Counted from the first letter of the stretch, positions 34,135 to 43,893 are shown. The stretch: 50,216 nucleotides of DNA from a bacterium (GCA_027310405.1 DAIDAX010000002.1:1-50216); one strand, 5' to 3'. Notes: a model not told the origin generated them from the sequence alone. Program-made: numbers and translations.

Positions 34135-36288
34135 ATGCAGAGATTACTGAAATTTGTTTTGGACAATGTTCAGTGGTTTATACTCGCAGGAATAATGGCT
34201 CTCGCGATAGTTCTTAGACTGTCAACTGCAGGATTTACGAACATACTTGATTATGATCCATGGTGGTTTTTCAGATGGGCTCAAACGATTCTTGCAAATA
34301 ACTTTGTTGCGCCCCGCTGGGATTTGCTAAGTTATTTCCCGCCAGGAAGGCCAGTTGACTTTTATCTCGGCTGGTCGTACACAATAGCATTCTTCTACGC
34401 AATCTTCAGCAAATTTGTAAACGTCTCGCTCGCAATATTTTCCGGATACTTTGTTGTAGTGTTTGCAGCGCTGGGTGCGATTCCAGCATACTTTGTTGGT
34501 AAGCACGTCACGAACAGATGGGGAGGACTTGTCACTGCATTCTTCGGAACGATTGCTCCGATAAGCATAACACGTTCGTTAGCAGGATACCCAGCAGCAG
34601 ATATGGCTGATGTATTCTACAACTTTCTTGTTGTACTTACAACTCTCTACACCATAAGTGTGTGGAAAGATTTTTCATTTTCATCTTTTAGAAGCAGTTG
34701 GAAAAGTAAAAAATCTTTGAAGTATGTTTGGTCTGTGTTGATTGCAGTTTTGACTTACTGGCTTTTCTCACTCAACTTCAACAGCAGCTGGTACATCTAC
34801 TACATTTTCGTCTTGTTCATCCCATTCATTCTGTTTTTCAAAGTGATCGAAAATGTAATCGCAAAAAAATCATTGAACCTATTAACAATTGTAAAAGAAA
34901 ATCAAGGACTCATCCTTTCGATAATCGCGATTGGAGTTGTTGGAGAGATTGTTACTTATCTTACTTCTGGTTGGCCGTTCAACACAATTGATCCTATCGC
35001 CGGGATAATCGGCGGACTGAATTTTCTAAACAACTATCTGATTGTAAACGTTTCAATCGCAGAACTTCAACCACTGAATGTCTTTTCGTGGGGTGGATTC
35101 CTTGGCGTTTTGCAGAACGTTGGAACAGTTCCAGTCTTGCTCGGTCTATTTGGTCTGCCTCTGATGCTGTTGTACAAACTTGCGACGAAAAAAGAAATCC
35201 ACACCGCAGAATATTTCACGATAGTTTGGATGATAATCGGATTTTGGATGATTACTAGAGGTTTGAGATTGGCACTCCTGTTTTCTCTTGCGACTGCTGC
35301 TGGTTCTGGATTCGTTATTGGAAATCTGATCGAATATCTTAAGGCAAGAAAAAATATTTTGTTGTTCGCAACAATTATTGGAATAATTTTGTTCGCATTT
35401 GTTTGGGACATTTCAGACAACACACAAGTTTCTCTCGGATCTGTAAGCGGTCTGCAAGTTGATCAAAACTGGATTGATGCATTGAACTGGTTGAAAGCGA
35501 ACTCAGATAACAACACACTCGTCGCCACGTGGTGGGATCCGGGACACATCATCACAGGGTATACTGGGCTGAAAGTTTTTGCTGATGGTGCACATTGCGC
35601 TCCAGGATCGTGTATACCGTATAACATAAACGATAGGATAGTTGACATGGGAACAATTTTCACAACGTCGAACGAAACGCAAGCCGTCAGTATTTTACAA
35701 AAGTATACACAGCTCACTCCATTGCAACAACAAGCAGTTCTCCAAGCTTTTGGCAATGCTGTTCCACAATCCGTATTCACTCCTGTCGACCAAGTTTACT
35801 TGATTGCCAGCTCAGACTTGATCGCAAAGTATTACTGGATGAGTTGTTTTTCGATGTACGCTGCACAATGCACTCCAAGTTCTCCGAATGTTGCAGGATT
35901 CATACAATTCTATCTCGCTGGAAGAGATAATTCTGGAGGGCTCGTTTATCAGGGACCAGGAGATGCAACAATCACTCTTGCGCAAACTAACACGAGCCAA
36001 GTTGTTGCAGTTTTGAATTCTCCATCTTCGAACATACGAAGCACACTGATTAATGATGTAGTTCTTTATCAGAATGGGCAAGAATTAGATTTCAATTATG
36101 GAAACGTTTCTAGCGCGATTCAAGCGATGGCTTGGATCTCGCCAGACTTTTCGTACATATTCTTCATGCAATCTTCTGTGGAGAACTCTATGTTCACAAG
36201 AATGTTCTTCTTCAATGGAGCAGGGTTGCAACATTTTCAACTCGTTTTCAGTAACGCAGAAATAAAAATTTTCAAAGTTAAATTTTAA
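34135..36288 (+). CDS. aglB: oligosaccharyltransferase AglB (STT3 homolog)
   Basis: 13-TM-type N-terminal domain with DYDPWWFFR in loop 1, the catalytic WWDPGH (WWDxG) motif, and a large C-terminal external domain. Confidence 0.9.
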   Translation: MQRLLKFVLDNVQWFILAGIMALAIVLRLSTAGFTNILDYDPWWFFRWAQTILANNFVAPRWDLLSYFPPGRPVDFYLGWSYTIAFFYAIFSKFVNVSLAIFSGYFVVVFAALGAIPAYFVGKHVTNRWGGLVTAFFGTIAPISITRSLAGYPAADMADVFYNFLVVLTTLYTISVWKDFSFSSFRSSWKSKKSLKYVWSVLIAVLTYWLFSLNFNSSWYIYYIFVLFIPFILFFKVIENVIAKKSLNLLTIVKENQGLILSIIAIGVVGEIVTYLTSGWPFNTIDPIAGIIGGLNFLNNYLIVNVSIAELQPLNVFSWGGFLGVLQNVGTVPVLLGLFGLPLMLLYKLATKKEIHTAEYFTIVWMIIGFWMITRGLRLALLFSLATAAGSGFVIGNLIEYLKARKNILLFATIIGIILFAFVWDISDNTQVSLGSVSGLQVDQNWIDALNWLKANSDNNTLVATWWDPGHIITGYTGLKVFADGAHCAPGSCIPYNINDRIVDMGTIFTTSNETQAVSILQKYTQLTPLQQQAVLQAFGNAVPQSVFTPVDQVYLIASSDLIAKYYWMSCFSMYAAQCTPSSPNVAGFIQFYLAGRDNSGGLVYQGPGDATITLAQTNTSQVVAVLNSPSSNIRSTLINDVVLYQNGQELDFNYGNVSSAIQAMAWISPDFSYIFFMQSSVENSMFTRMFFFNGAGLQHFQLVFSNAEIKIFKVKF

Positions 36289-36308
36289 GCTGGACTTAAA
36301 TTAATCAG

Positions 36309-36530
36309 GTGAATAACATCGGAAAACTTCCACGGCTCCCCTTCGAGAGGATTTTGAAGAAAGCAGGAGCAAAAAGAGTTTCACACGAAGCACTTGACGA
36401 GTTTGCAAAAGTAATGGAAGACAGACTCATGTTAATTGCACAGGAAGCGACAGCACTCGCAAAGCATGCTGGAAGAAAAACAATTGTCGATCAAGATGTG
36501 CGCGAGGCAAGAAGAAAATTGAAACTTTAG
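36309..36530 (+). CDS. archaeal histone (HMf-like)
   Basis: LPRLPFERILKKAGAKRVSHEALDEFAKVMEDRLMLIAQEATALAKHAGRKTIVDQDVREA is a canonical histone fold. GTG start. Confidence 0.9.
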   Translation: MNNIGKLPRLPFERILKKAGAKRVSHEALDEFAKVMEDRLMLIAQEATALAKHAGRKTIVDQDVREARRKLKL

Positions 36531-36538
36531 TTGATTTT

Positions 36539-37489
36539 ATGCAACTAGAAGAAATCTTCAAAGAACTAGAGAAAAATAAAAAAATTTCCAGAGAGGAAGC
36601 TTTACAAAGAGTAAATCAAAAAATAGAAGATCTATTTGGATTAGTTACACAAGAGGCAGCAGCATATTTAGTTGCAAAAGATTTAGGAATCAATTTGCCT
36701 CAACTTGAGAGAAAACCTCTACAAATAAAAAACATAACGACAGGAATGAGAAACGTTTCTTTCGTCGGAAGAGTTTTTAAAATTTCTCCAATAAATGAAT
36801 TCCAGAAGAAAAATAGGAAAGGACGTGTAGTAAATATTTTTATCGCTGATAACACAGGATACATTAGGATTCCTTTGTGGAATGATCAAGTTAGACTAAT
36901 TGAGGACGGAGAAATAAATCTCGGAGACGTTTTACAAATTTCTGGAGGATTGGCTCAGGAAAATATTTACGGCGATGTTGAAGTTTCTCTTGGAAAATTT
37001 GGAACGATTAAACCAGCGGAAGGTTATTTCGATTTGCCAACAACAGAAAAACTTTCAAAAAACTTTTTATCCAACGTACCGCAACGCATAAAAATTTCTG
37101 ATATAGTTCCAGGAAATTTGGAAATATGCGGAACAATTGTACAACTTACTGGAAGAAAATTTATTTTCGAATCGGACGGAGAAAAGGCGATGATGATTTC
37201 TTGCTTGATTGACGACGGCACCGGAGATTTGCGAATAATTTTTTTCAGAAATCAGGCAGAAAACTTGTTGAACGATTCTGTCAATGAGCTTTTGCAAATT
37301 CCCGAAGAAAACAGATACGATTACGTTGCACAAAAAATTCTCGGAAGAGAAATCGCAGTCGTGGGGAAAGTGAAAAAAAATGAGCGCTTCGATTCTCTCG
37401 AAATGATCGCAGACGACTTAAAAGCTTTAAATCCTTTGGACGAGAGTAAGAAATTAGCTGACGAGATTCAGCTTCTGTTAGGTGAATGA
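36539..37489 (+). CDS. replication protein A / OB-fold ssDNA-binding protein
   Basis: N-terminal helical segment ending [14 protein letters not shown], then OB-fold repeats ([13 protein letters not shown]......[23 protein letters not shown]; [10 protein letters not shown]..). Overlaps the radA start by 8 nt. Confidence 0.7.
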   Translation: MQLEEIFKELEKNKKISREEALQRVNQKIEDLFGLVTQEAAAYLVAKDLGINLPQLERKPLQIKNITTGMRNVSFVGRVFKISPINEFQKKNRKGRVVNIFIADNTGYIRIPLWNDQVRLIEDGEINLGDVLQISGGLAQENIYGDVEVSLGKFGTIKPAEGYFDLPTTEKLSKNFLSNVPQRIKISDIVPGNLEICGTIVQLTGRKFIFESDGEKAMMISCLIDDGTGDLRIIFFRNQAENLLNDSVNELLQIPEENRYDYVAQKILGREIAVVGKVKKNERFDSLEMIADDLKALNPLDESKKLADEIQLLLGE

Positions 37490-38441
37490 TTTGGCGAAAA
37501 AAGAATTCGTGCTTGAAGACGTTCCGGGTGTCGGAGAAAAGATTGCAGAAAAACTCAGACAAATTGGTTATGCAGATCCTATGGCAATTGCTGTTTCTTC
37601 ACCAACCGAACTCGCGATGATTGCAGAAATCGGAGAAGGACAGGCAACAAAAATAATTGGCGCAGTTAGACAGATGCTCGATATTGGGTTTACTACTGCT
37701 GATAAAATTTTGGAAAAGAAAATTGCAACAGCAAAAATTTCTACTGGAGTTCAAAGTTTAGATAAACTTCTTGGCGGCGGAGTAGAAACACAGGCGATAA
37801 CAGAAGTTTATGGACAATTCGCAAGTGGAAAATCGCAACTAGGGTTTCAACTTTCTGTAAATGTACAACTTCCAGCAGACAAAGGCGGACTTGGAAGAAA
37901 TTGTCTTTTCATCGACACAGAAAATACCTTTTCGCCAACTCGAATTATTCAGATTGCAAAAACTTTGAAACTTGATCCAGAAAAAATTTTGAGAAATATT
38001 TTCGTCGCACGCGCCTACAATTCTGATCATCAGATGCTTCTTTTGGATAAAGCTACTGAAATGATTGAGGAAAAAAATATTGGATTGATTGTTATCGACA
38101 GTCTGACTTCACACTTCCGTTCCGATTTTGTTGGACGAGGAGAACTTGCTCCCAGACAACAGAAGTTGAACAAACATTTGCACACTTTGCAGAGACTTGC
38201 TGACGCGCACAACCTCGCTGTTTATGTGACTAACCAAGTCATGGCGAGACCCGATGTTCTTTTTGGAGATCCAACTGCACCAGTTGGCGGTCATGTTCTT
38301 GCACATCAAGCGACATACCGATTGTACTTCAGAAAAGGAAAGGAAGGAACGAGAATTGCACGCCTTATGGATGCAGCGAATTTACCTGAAGGCGAAGCTA
38401 TTTTCAAAATAACAGAGAATGGTTTAATCGACGTGGCATAG
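37482..38441 (+). CDS. radA: DNA repair and recombination protein RadA
   Basis: HhH N-domain ([20 protein letters not shown]), Walker [19 protein letters not shown], Walker [20 protein letters not shown] and GGHVLAH. Confidence 0.93.
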   Translation: MNDLAKKEFVLEDVPGVGEKIAEKLRQIGYADPMAIAVSSPTELAMIAEIGEGQATKIIGAVRQMLDIGFTTADKILEKKIATAKISTGVQSLDKLLGGGVETQAITEVYGQFASGKSQLGFQLSVNVQLPADKGGLGRNCLFIDTENTFSPTRIIQIAKTLKLDPEKILRNIFVARAYNSDHQMLLLDKATEMIEEKNIGLIVIDSLTSHFRSDFVGRGELAPRQQKLNKHLHTLQRLADAHNLAVYVTNQVMARPDVLFGDPTAPVGGHVLAHQATYRLYFRKGKEGTRIARLMDAANLPEGEAIFKITENGLIDVA

Positions 38442-38443
38442 TT

Positions 38444-39067
38444 ATGCAAATTCTTCGACGCGGGGCCGAAGCAATACTCTACTTGGATGATTTTGATGGA
38501 CAAAAAGTTCTAGTAAAAGAAAGAGTGAAAAAAAATTATCGTATCGAACAAATCGATACGACTGTTCGTAGAAATAGAACGAAAGAAGAAGTAAAACTCT
38601 TGACAGAGGCTAGAAAAATCGGAGTCAACACTCCAAAAATTTTAAATACTGACTACAATACGAATAAAATTTTCATGGAATTCATAGACGGAATACGCGT
38701 GAAAGATTTTTTGAATTCAGCAAGCACTACAGAAATAAAATCGATAATGCACGACATGGGAACTTACGTTGGCAAACTACACACTGCAAACATTATCCAT
38801 GGAGACTTGACAACTTCCAATATGATTTTGAAAGATGGAAAAATTTTCATAATCGATTTCGGTCTCGGATATTTTTCGAGCAGACTTGAAGACAAAGCGA
38901 CTGACATAAATCTTTTTCACAAAGCTTTGAAATCAACACATCTAAAAATTCTGAAAGAATGTTGGGAAAGTTTTCTGTCTGGATACAAGAAAGAATACAG
39001 GAATGCGAAAAATGTTTTGTCGCAAATGGTCGAAATAGAGAAACGCGGAAGATACACCAAAAAATAA
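38444..39067 (+). CDS. bud32: Bud32 (Kae1-associated kinase/ATPase, KEOPS subunit)
   Basis: RGAEA.LY, K (VKERVKK.YR), RTKEEVKLLTEARKIGVNTP, IFMEFIDG, HGDLTTSNMIL, IIDFGL. ~207 aa. Confidence 0.88.
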   Translation: MQILRRGAEAILYLDDFDGQKVLVKERVKKNYRIEQIDTTVRRNRTKEEVKLLTEARKIGVNTPKILNTDYNTNKIFMEFIDGIRVKDFLNSASTTEIKSIMHDMGTYVGKLHTANIIHGDLTTSNMILKDGKIFIIDFGLGYFSSRLEDKATDINLFHKALKSTHLKILKECWESFLSGYKKEYRNAKNVLSQMVEIEKRGRYTKK

Positions 39068-39099
39068 AACTATTTAATCGCTCTGCACAAAAACTGATT

Positions 39100-39321
39100 A
39101 TGAAAATTCCATTGCTCGGAGACATTAAACAGAACACAACGGAAAAGATTTCCATCGTAATGATTGTTCTCGGACTGCTTCTTTTCAGTCTTGGAAGTTT
39201 AGTTTCGATTTTTTCGCAAGTTGGATTGTCTGCAATACTCGCAATGTTCGGAGCGCTGATAACTTTTGTCTTCACTATCGTTTTAATTTTTTACTGGCTT
39301 TTCAAAGAACGAAGTGAATAA
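39100..39321 (+). CDS. small two-TM membrane protein, hypothetical
   Basis: MKIPLLGDIKQNTTEKISIVMIVLGLLLFSLGSLVSIF..GLSAILAMFGALITFVFTIVLIFYWLF. Start set at the internal ATG after the bud32 stop. Confidence 0.45.
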   Translation: MKIPLLGDIKQNTTEKISIVMIVLGLLLFSLGSLVSIFSQVGLSAILAMFGALITFVFTIVLIFYWLFKERSE

Positions 39322-39372
39322 ATACAAAAAGAAAAGAAATTAAAGCTACAAACCAACTGAAGAATGAAAAAC

Positions 39373-39831
39373 ATGGCAAGAATATACTCGAGAAAAAAAG
39401 GAAGACACGGGAGCAAAAGACCACCTGTAAAAGTTTTGCCGAGATGGGTAAAGGCCGACAAAGATTCTGTGGAAAAACTAGTTATGCAGCTCGGACAGGA
39501 AAGAAAAACTTCTGCAGTTATCGGAGTAATTTTGCGAGATCAGTATGGAATTCCTGACGTGAAACTTGCCACAGGAAAAACAATCTCACAGATTTTGCGC
39601 GAGAACAATCTTTATTCTGAAATGCCTGAAGATCTTTTGAGTCTTTTCAAGAAAGCAGTTGAGTTGCGCGAACATTTGGGAACGAATAAAAAAGACAAGG
39701 CAGCACTCAAAGGGCTTGAACACCTCGAATCAAAAATCAGAAGACTTGTAAAGTACTATGCGCGTGAAGGAAAGATCGACAAGACTTTCACGTACGATCC
39801 AGAAAAAGTGAAGCTCATAGTGCAGAAGTGA
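39373..39831 (+). CDS. rps15: 30S ribosomal protein S15 (uS15/S13e)
   Basis: MARIYSRKKGRHGSKRPP N-terminus and the C-terminal LEHLESKIRRLVKYY. Confidence 0.9.
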   Translation: MARIYSRKKGRHGSKRPPVKVLPRWVKADKDSVEKLVMQLGQERKTSAVIGVILRDQYGIPDVKLATGKTISQILRENNLYSEMPEDLLSLFKKAVELREHLGTNKKDKAALKGLEHLESKIRRLVKYYAREGKIDKTFTYDPEKVKLIVQK

Positions 39832-39835
39832 TAGT

Positions 39836-41212
39836 TTGTTTCTGGATTATGCAGAAAAAATTGCAAAGATTTCCAAAGCGATAATTCGACAAAAGAAAGT
39901 CAAAATATTTTCACAGTTTGATTGCGACGGTCTCTGCTCTGCATCGATTCTTACAAAAGCGATGCTGAGAGAAAATGTCAATTTTGAATTGAGAATTTAC
40001 AAACAGTTAACGGAAAAACTGTTGAATGAAATTCAAGCATCTGAAAACGATTTTTTAATTTTTGCCGATTTTGGAAGCGGACAACTACAAATGATGCAGA
40101 ATATTTTGGACAAGACACAAGTGTTGATTTTGGATCATCATGAACCAGTGAACTTCAATCACATGAATCTTCTACACGTAAATCCAATGATGCATAATGA
40201 AGACGAAATGTCTGCTTCTATAGTTTGCTATAGCTTTGCAAAATTTCTAAATCCACGAAATACTGATTTAGTCGACATCGCACTTATCGGCGCAATCGGA
40301 GATGAATCAGGCGAGAAGTGGGAATTCAAAGGATTCATAAAAAAAATTTTAGAAGAGGCTGAAGTGCTAGGCAAAGTTTCTGTGCACAAGGGTCTTCGAT
40401 TCTACGGAAGATCGACAAGACCGATACACAAATCTTTGGCTCTCACTTATGAACCGTTCATTCCAGGAGTTTCAGGATCGGAATCGCAAGCAATTCAATT
40501 TCTTTCCGATATAGGTATTCGAACAAAACAAGACGGCGATTGGATAAAACTGAAGGATTTGACAAAAGAAGAAGAGCAAAAACTTGCAAGCGCGATAATC
40601 GTAGAAAGAATGAAAACAGAAACTGCAGCAGAGGATATTTTTGGAGACATCTATACGCTCATTGGAAAACCAGAAGAGTTACAAGATGCGCGCGAATTTG
40701 CAACTCTCGTGAATGCATGCGGGCGTACACAAATGCCTCAGATTGCAATTCGTTTGTTATTGGGTGATTATTCAGCGATAGAGAATTCACATCAAACGAT
40801 TGAAGATTACAGACGTATGATTAGCGATGCACTGAATTGGTTGAGAGAAAATCCAGAATCAATAAAACAAACCCCCCTTGCTAATTTCATTATTGCTAAT
40901 GGAAAAATTCCAGAGAGCATAATCGGAACAATAGCATCAATTGTTGTAAATTCTGATTTTGTTGACTCTGCTCAACCACTTTTTGCTCTTGCGAATTCTG
41001 ACGAAGATAAAATGAAAATTTCTGCACGACTTCCAAAAAATTTGAAAATAAATCTAAGAGGTGTGATGACAAAAATAATTTCGAAAACTGGTGGAGAGGC
41101 TGGAGGTCATGCTAATGCAGCAGGAGGTTTTATTCCAAAAGCAAAAGTTGAAGAATTTATTAACACTACACAAATGGTATTAGGTGAAATGATTGTCGGT
41201 AAAGAAAGCTAA
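39836..41212 (+). CDS. archaeal RecJ/Cdc45-like DHH nuclease (GAN-like)
   Basis: FDCDGLCSASIL, ILDHHEP, GAIGDE, and the DHHA1-type TGGEAGGHANAAGGFI. Apparent TTG start 4 nt after the rps15 stop. Confidence 0.8.
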   Translation: MFLDYAEKIAKISKAIIRQKKVKIFSQFDCDGLCSASILTKAMLRENVNFELRIYKQLTEKLLNEIQASENDFLIFADFGSGQLQMMQNILDKTQVLILDHHEPVNFNHMNLLHVNPMMHNEDEMSASIVCYSFAKFLNPRNTDLVDIALIGAIGDESGEKWEFKGFIKKILEEAEVLGKVSVHKGLRFYGRSTRPIHKSLALTYEPFIPGVSGSESQAIQFLSDIGIRTKQDGDWIKLKDLTKEEEQKLASAIIVERMKTETAAEDIFGDIYTLIGKPEELQDAREFATLVNACGRTQMPQIAIRLLLGDYSAIENSHQTIEDYRRMISDALNWLRENPESIKQTPLANFIIANGKIPESIIGTIASIVVNSDFVDSAQPLFALANSDEDKMKISARLPKNLKINLRGVMTKIISKTGGEAGGHANAAGGFIPKAKVEEFINTTQMVLGEMIVGKES

Positions 41213-41753
41213 ACAAAAACAATGGCATACAATTGTTGCGCCAAAACTTTTTGATGAAGTAGAAATAGGAAAAACATTTAGTATTGAACCAAAGAATTTG
41301 ATTGGAAGAAGAATAACTGTATCGGCAATAGATTTGACCGGCAACTTTAGCAAGTATTATCTAAAATTTATTTTTAGAATTTCTGAAATGAATGGAGAAA
41401 AAGCATTGACAACATTAGACGGTACAGAAATTTTAGGAGATTATATTTCCAGAATGATTTTGCGTAGAGTAAGAAGAATTGATACTATCCAAGATTTGAA
41501 AACGAAAGATGGAATCATACTACGAGTGAAAGCATTGACTGTAATCGGTAGAAGAGTCAAAAGTAGTATACAAAAACAAGTCAGTGAAAAAGTAAAAGAG
41601 CTTATTGTCGGTGCAATAACTGAATCGACACTGGAAGAAATTGTTGAAAAAATGTTGAATGATGAAATGAAAAACAGAATTCTTCAAGAAGCCAGCAGAA
41701 TCTACCCGCTGAGAAATTTTGAATTTAGAAAAATTGAAGTTCTCAAACAATGA
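41193..41753 (+). CDS. rps3ae: 30S ribosomal protein S3Ae (eS1)
   Basis: KKAKQKQWHTIVAPKLFDEVEIGKT, GRRITVSAIDLTG. ~186 aa. TTG start overlapping the upstream gene by 20 nt. Confidence 0.85.
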   Translation: MSVKKAKQKQWHTIVAPKLFDEVEIGKTFSIEPKNLIGRRITVSAIDLTGNFSKYYLKFIFRISEMNGEKALTTLDGTEILGDYISRMILRRVRRIDTIQDLKTKDGIILRVKALTVIGRRVKSSIQKQVSEKVKELIVGAITESTLEEIVEKMLNDEMKNRILQEASRIYPLRNFEFRKIEVLKQ

Positions 41754-42954
41754 TTGGAATTACAACTGTTAATAAGATTAGAAAAATTACAAATCCAGTT
41801 ACGAATGAAACAATTCTCAAAGAAGATTTTGGAAAATATTTATCAGTAATTGATTTTACAAAAACTCCACCATCGAGAGGATAGATTGGTAGAATATTGA
41901 CTATTCCAACCAAGAGACTTATCAGTATCGAAAGAGAAATTAAGGGTAACAATATCGAAAATATGTCGCCTCCGTATCGAGTGTTCAACGAAAGACTGAG
42001 TCCCATGTAAGGAAAGTTAGGATTGTTGGGATGAGGAGCGAGCGTTATTGTATAAAGTTTTCCAGAAACAAGCAATGTGACATTATCTCCTGGCTGATAT
42101 TTGGAAAGTTCGTTTAACACTGGAGGACTTGCTGAAAAATCTTTTACAAAATCTGGAGTGAAACTTTTTGTGAAGAACAATAATCCAGAATAGGATGCGT
42201 AATAGTCAAAATAATTAGGATTGATACTGGTTCCGTTAATCGCTTGCAACACAGCTCCCGAAGGAATTCTAGCAAGTCCAGCGGGTGCAGTTTGATTGAC
42301 AGATGTTATTAGCGCTCCAGGCTGAACTATTGACGGCCACAATGCATACGATGCAAGTCCAAAAATTATTCCAGCTACAATGAAATTTGCAAATGCTCCA
42401 GCTGCAACAACTCTGAGTTTTGTCCGCAATTTAGATTTTTCAAAATCTTTTTCATCTGGATCAACAAAAGCTCCAGGAAAAATTGCAAGTAGAAAAACTC
42501 CAACAGATTTTACTTTTATTTTTTCTGCACGTGCAATTATACCGTGGAAAAATTCATGAGGGAACATTATGATGACAAGGATAATTATCCAAAACCAAAA
42601 TGGGATTCCAATAAATCCAAAACCAGATACAGGATTCGATGACGGATATGGCAGAAGTAAACGCACACCAGGTCCAGAAATTTCTTTCGAGATTAACAAT
42701 TGAATTGTAAGAATTAACTGATAAATTCCATAAAATATTACAAATATAGCAATTATTGCTGCTATCGTTCCTAAAATTATCCAAAATTTTGGAGAAATTT
42801 TTGCTACAGAATCGATAAATTTTTCTCCACGTGTAGTTTTTCTTTTGAAAAAAATAAAATATTTATGCTCGATATGTTTTCTGTCAAACCAAATTACGAA
42901 TGCTAACGCAACAAAAAAAACTATGACAGAGATTGTGTAGTTGTCTAACATCAT
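41743..42954 (-). CDS. M50 site-2 protease (RseP/S2P-like) with PDZ-like insert
   Basis: HEFFHGIIA (HExxH in a TM helix) and NILPIYPLDGG (NxxPxxxLDG). Confidence 0.88.
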   Translation of the reverse strand: MMLDNYTISVIVFFVALAFVIWFDRKHIEHKYFIFFKRKTTRGEKFIDSVAKISPKFWIILGTIAAIIAIFVIFYGIYQLILTIQLLISKEISGPGVRLLLPYPSSNPVSGFGFIGIPFWFWIIILVIIMFPHEFFHGIIARAEKIKVKSVGVFLLAIFPGAFVDPDEKDFEKSKLRTKLRVVAAGAFANFIVAGIIFGLASYALWPSIVQPGALITSVNQTAPAGLARIPSGAVLQAINGTSINPNYFDYYASYSGLLFFTKSFTPDFVKDFSASPPVLNELSKYQPGDNVTLLVSGKLYTITLAPHPNNPNFPYMGLSLSLNTRYGGDIFSILLPLISLSILISLLVGIVNILPIYPLDGGVFVKSITDKYFPKSSLRIVSFVTGFVIFLILLTVVIPIIV

Positions 42955-42979
42955 ATCACTTTAGTTTTTGCATTTAAAA

Positions 42980-43065
42980 TGCAGGAGGTGGGATTCGAAC
43001 CCACGAAGGGACTAACCCACAGGCTCCTGAAGCCTGCCCCTTAGACCAGGCTTGGGTACCCCTGC
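42980..43065 (-). tRNA. tRNA-Leu (anticodon CAG), class II with long variable arm
   Basis: The reverse complement folds as acceptor GCAGGGG/CUCCUGC (one G-U), anticodon stem CAGGC/GCCUG, loop UU-CAG-GA with G37, variable arm U-GGG-UUAGU-CCC-UUC, T arm GUGGG-UUCGAAU-CCCAC, discriminator A. Confidence 0.88.
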
Positions 43066-43068
43066 ATG

Positions 43069-43104
43069 AAAACAATCTATGCTTTAAAAACAATCTATGC
43101 TTTA
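43069..43104. repeat. perfect 18-bp tandem duplication (aaaacaatctatgcttta x2)
   Basis: Copies at 43069-43086 and 43087-43104. On the minus strand each copy carries a TTTAAA-type box. The proximal box is ~22-25 nt upstream of the tRNA-Leu 5' end, and the distal copy contains the trm5-like stop codon. Confidence 0.9.
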
Positions 43105-43893
43105 AAATACTTCAATGTCAAGACAAATTTTAAATTTTCTTGGTGCATAAGGCAAAACTTTTCGTACAGATTTAATTTTATATCTTCTTCTTACATCAAC
43201 TAGAGTTTTCAATTCCTTCTCCACTTCTCCAAATTTATTTTCTTCAGCAATTGTATAGTAGTGAATCATTCCAGTTTTCTTCAAACATTTTTCAGCAATG
43301 TCTAAAAAGGTTTTTGCACTAAGCGGAAGTGGCATAATTACTCTATCACATTTCCCAAAAAATTCTACACAAACTTTTCTCACATCACCTTCACGTAATG
43401 AAACTAAGTGTGCAACTTTGTTGATTCTAATATTTTCTTTTGCGTATTCTACAGCATCATGATTTATTTCGACTGCAAAAATTTTTCCGACTTGTGAATT
43501 TTTTTTTGCAATTGCTATTGCATATGCGCAAATTCCAGAGAACATCACAAGAACCATTTCTCCAGCTTTAACTTGTTCAGCAATTCTCTGTCTTTCAGTA
43601 CCTTCTCGTGACGAGAAATAAGTTTTTTGTGGATCGACTTTGAGTATATAGTTATTTTCTCTGTGGAAAACCTCCGTGTTATTATCCCCAGCAACTAGTT
43701 CGAATTCACGAATCCTGTGCTCTCCTTTTCTTTCAGAAATTTTTCGTAAGACAGATTTCACATTTTTGTTCGTCGACATTATCTGCTCAGCGATTTTTTC
43801 TTTTTCTGATTCCAACTTTGGAGAGATTTCCACTATTGCTACTTTTTTTTCTTTTGAGCCGATTATGTCAAAGCTTGATAGAATGTTTTTCAT
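43102..43893 (-). CDS. Met-10+/Trm5-family tRNA methyltransferase (Trm5 or Taw2-like)
   Basis: MVLVMFSGICAYAIAIAKK (SAM motif), IFAVEINHDAVEYAKENIRINKV, DRVIMPLP. Confidence 0.75.
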   Translation of the reverse strand: MKNILSSFDIIGSKEKKVAIVEISPKLESEKEKIAEQIMSTNKNVKSVLRKISERKGEHRIREFELVAGDNNTEVFHRENNYILKVDPQKTYFSSREGTERQRIAEQVKAGEMVLVMFSGICAYAIAIAKKNSQVGKIFAVEINHDAVEYAKENIRINKVAHLVSLREGDVRKVCVEFFGKCDRVIMPLPLSAKTFLDIAEKCLKKTGMIHYYTIAEENKFGEVEKELKTLVDVRRRYKIKSVRKVLPYAPRKFKICLDIEVF

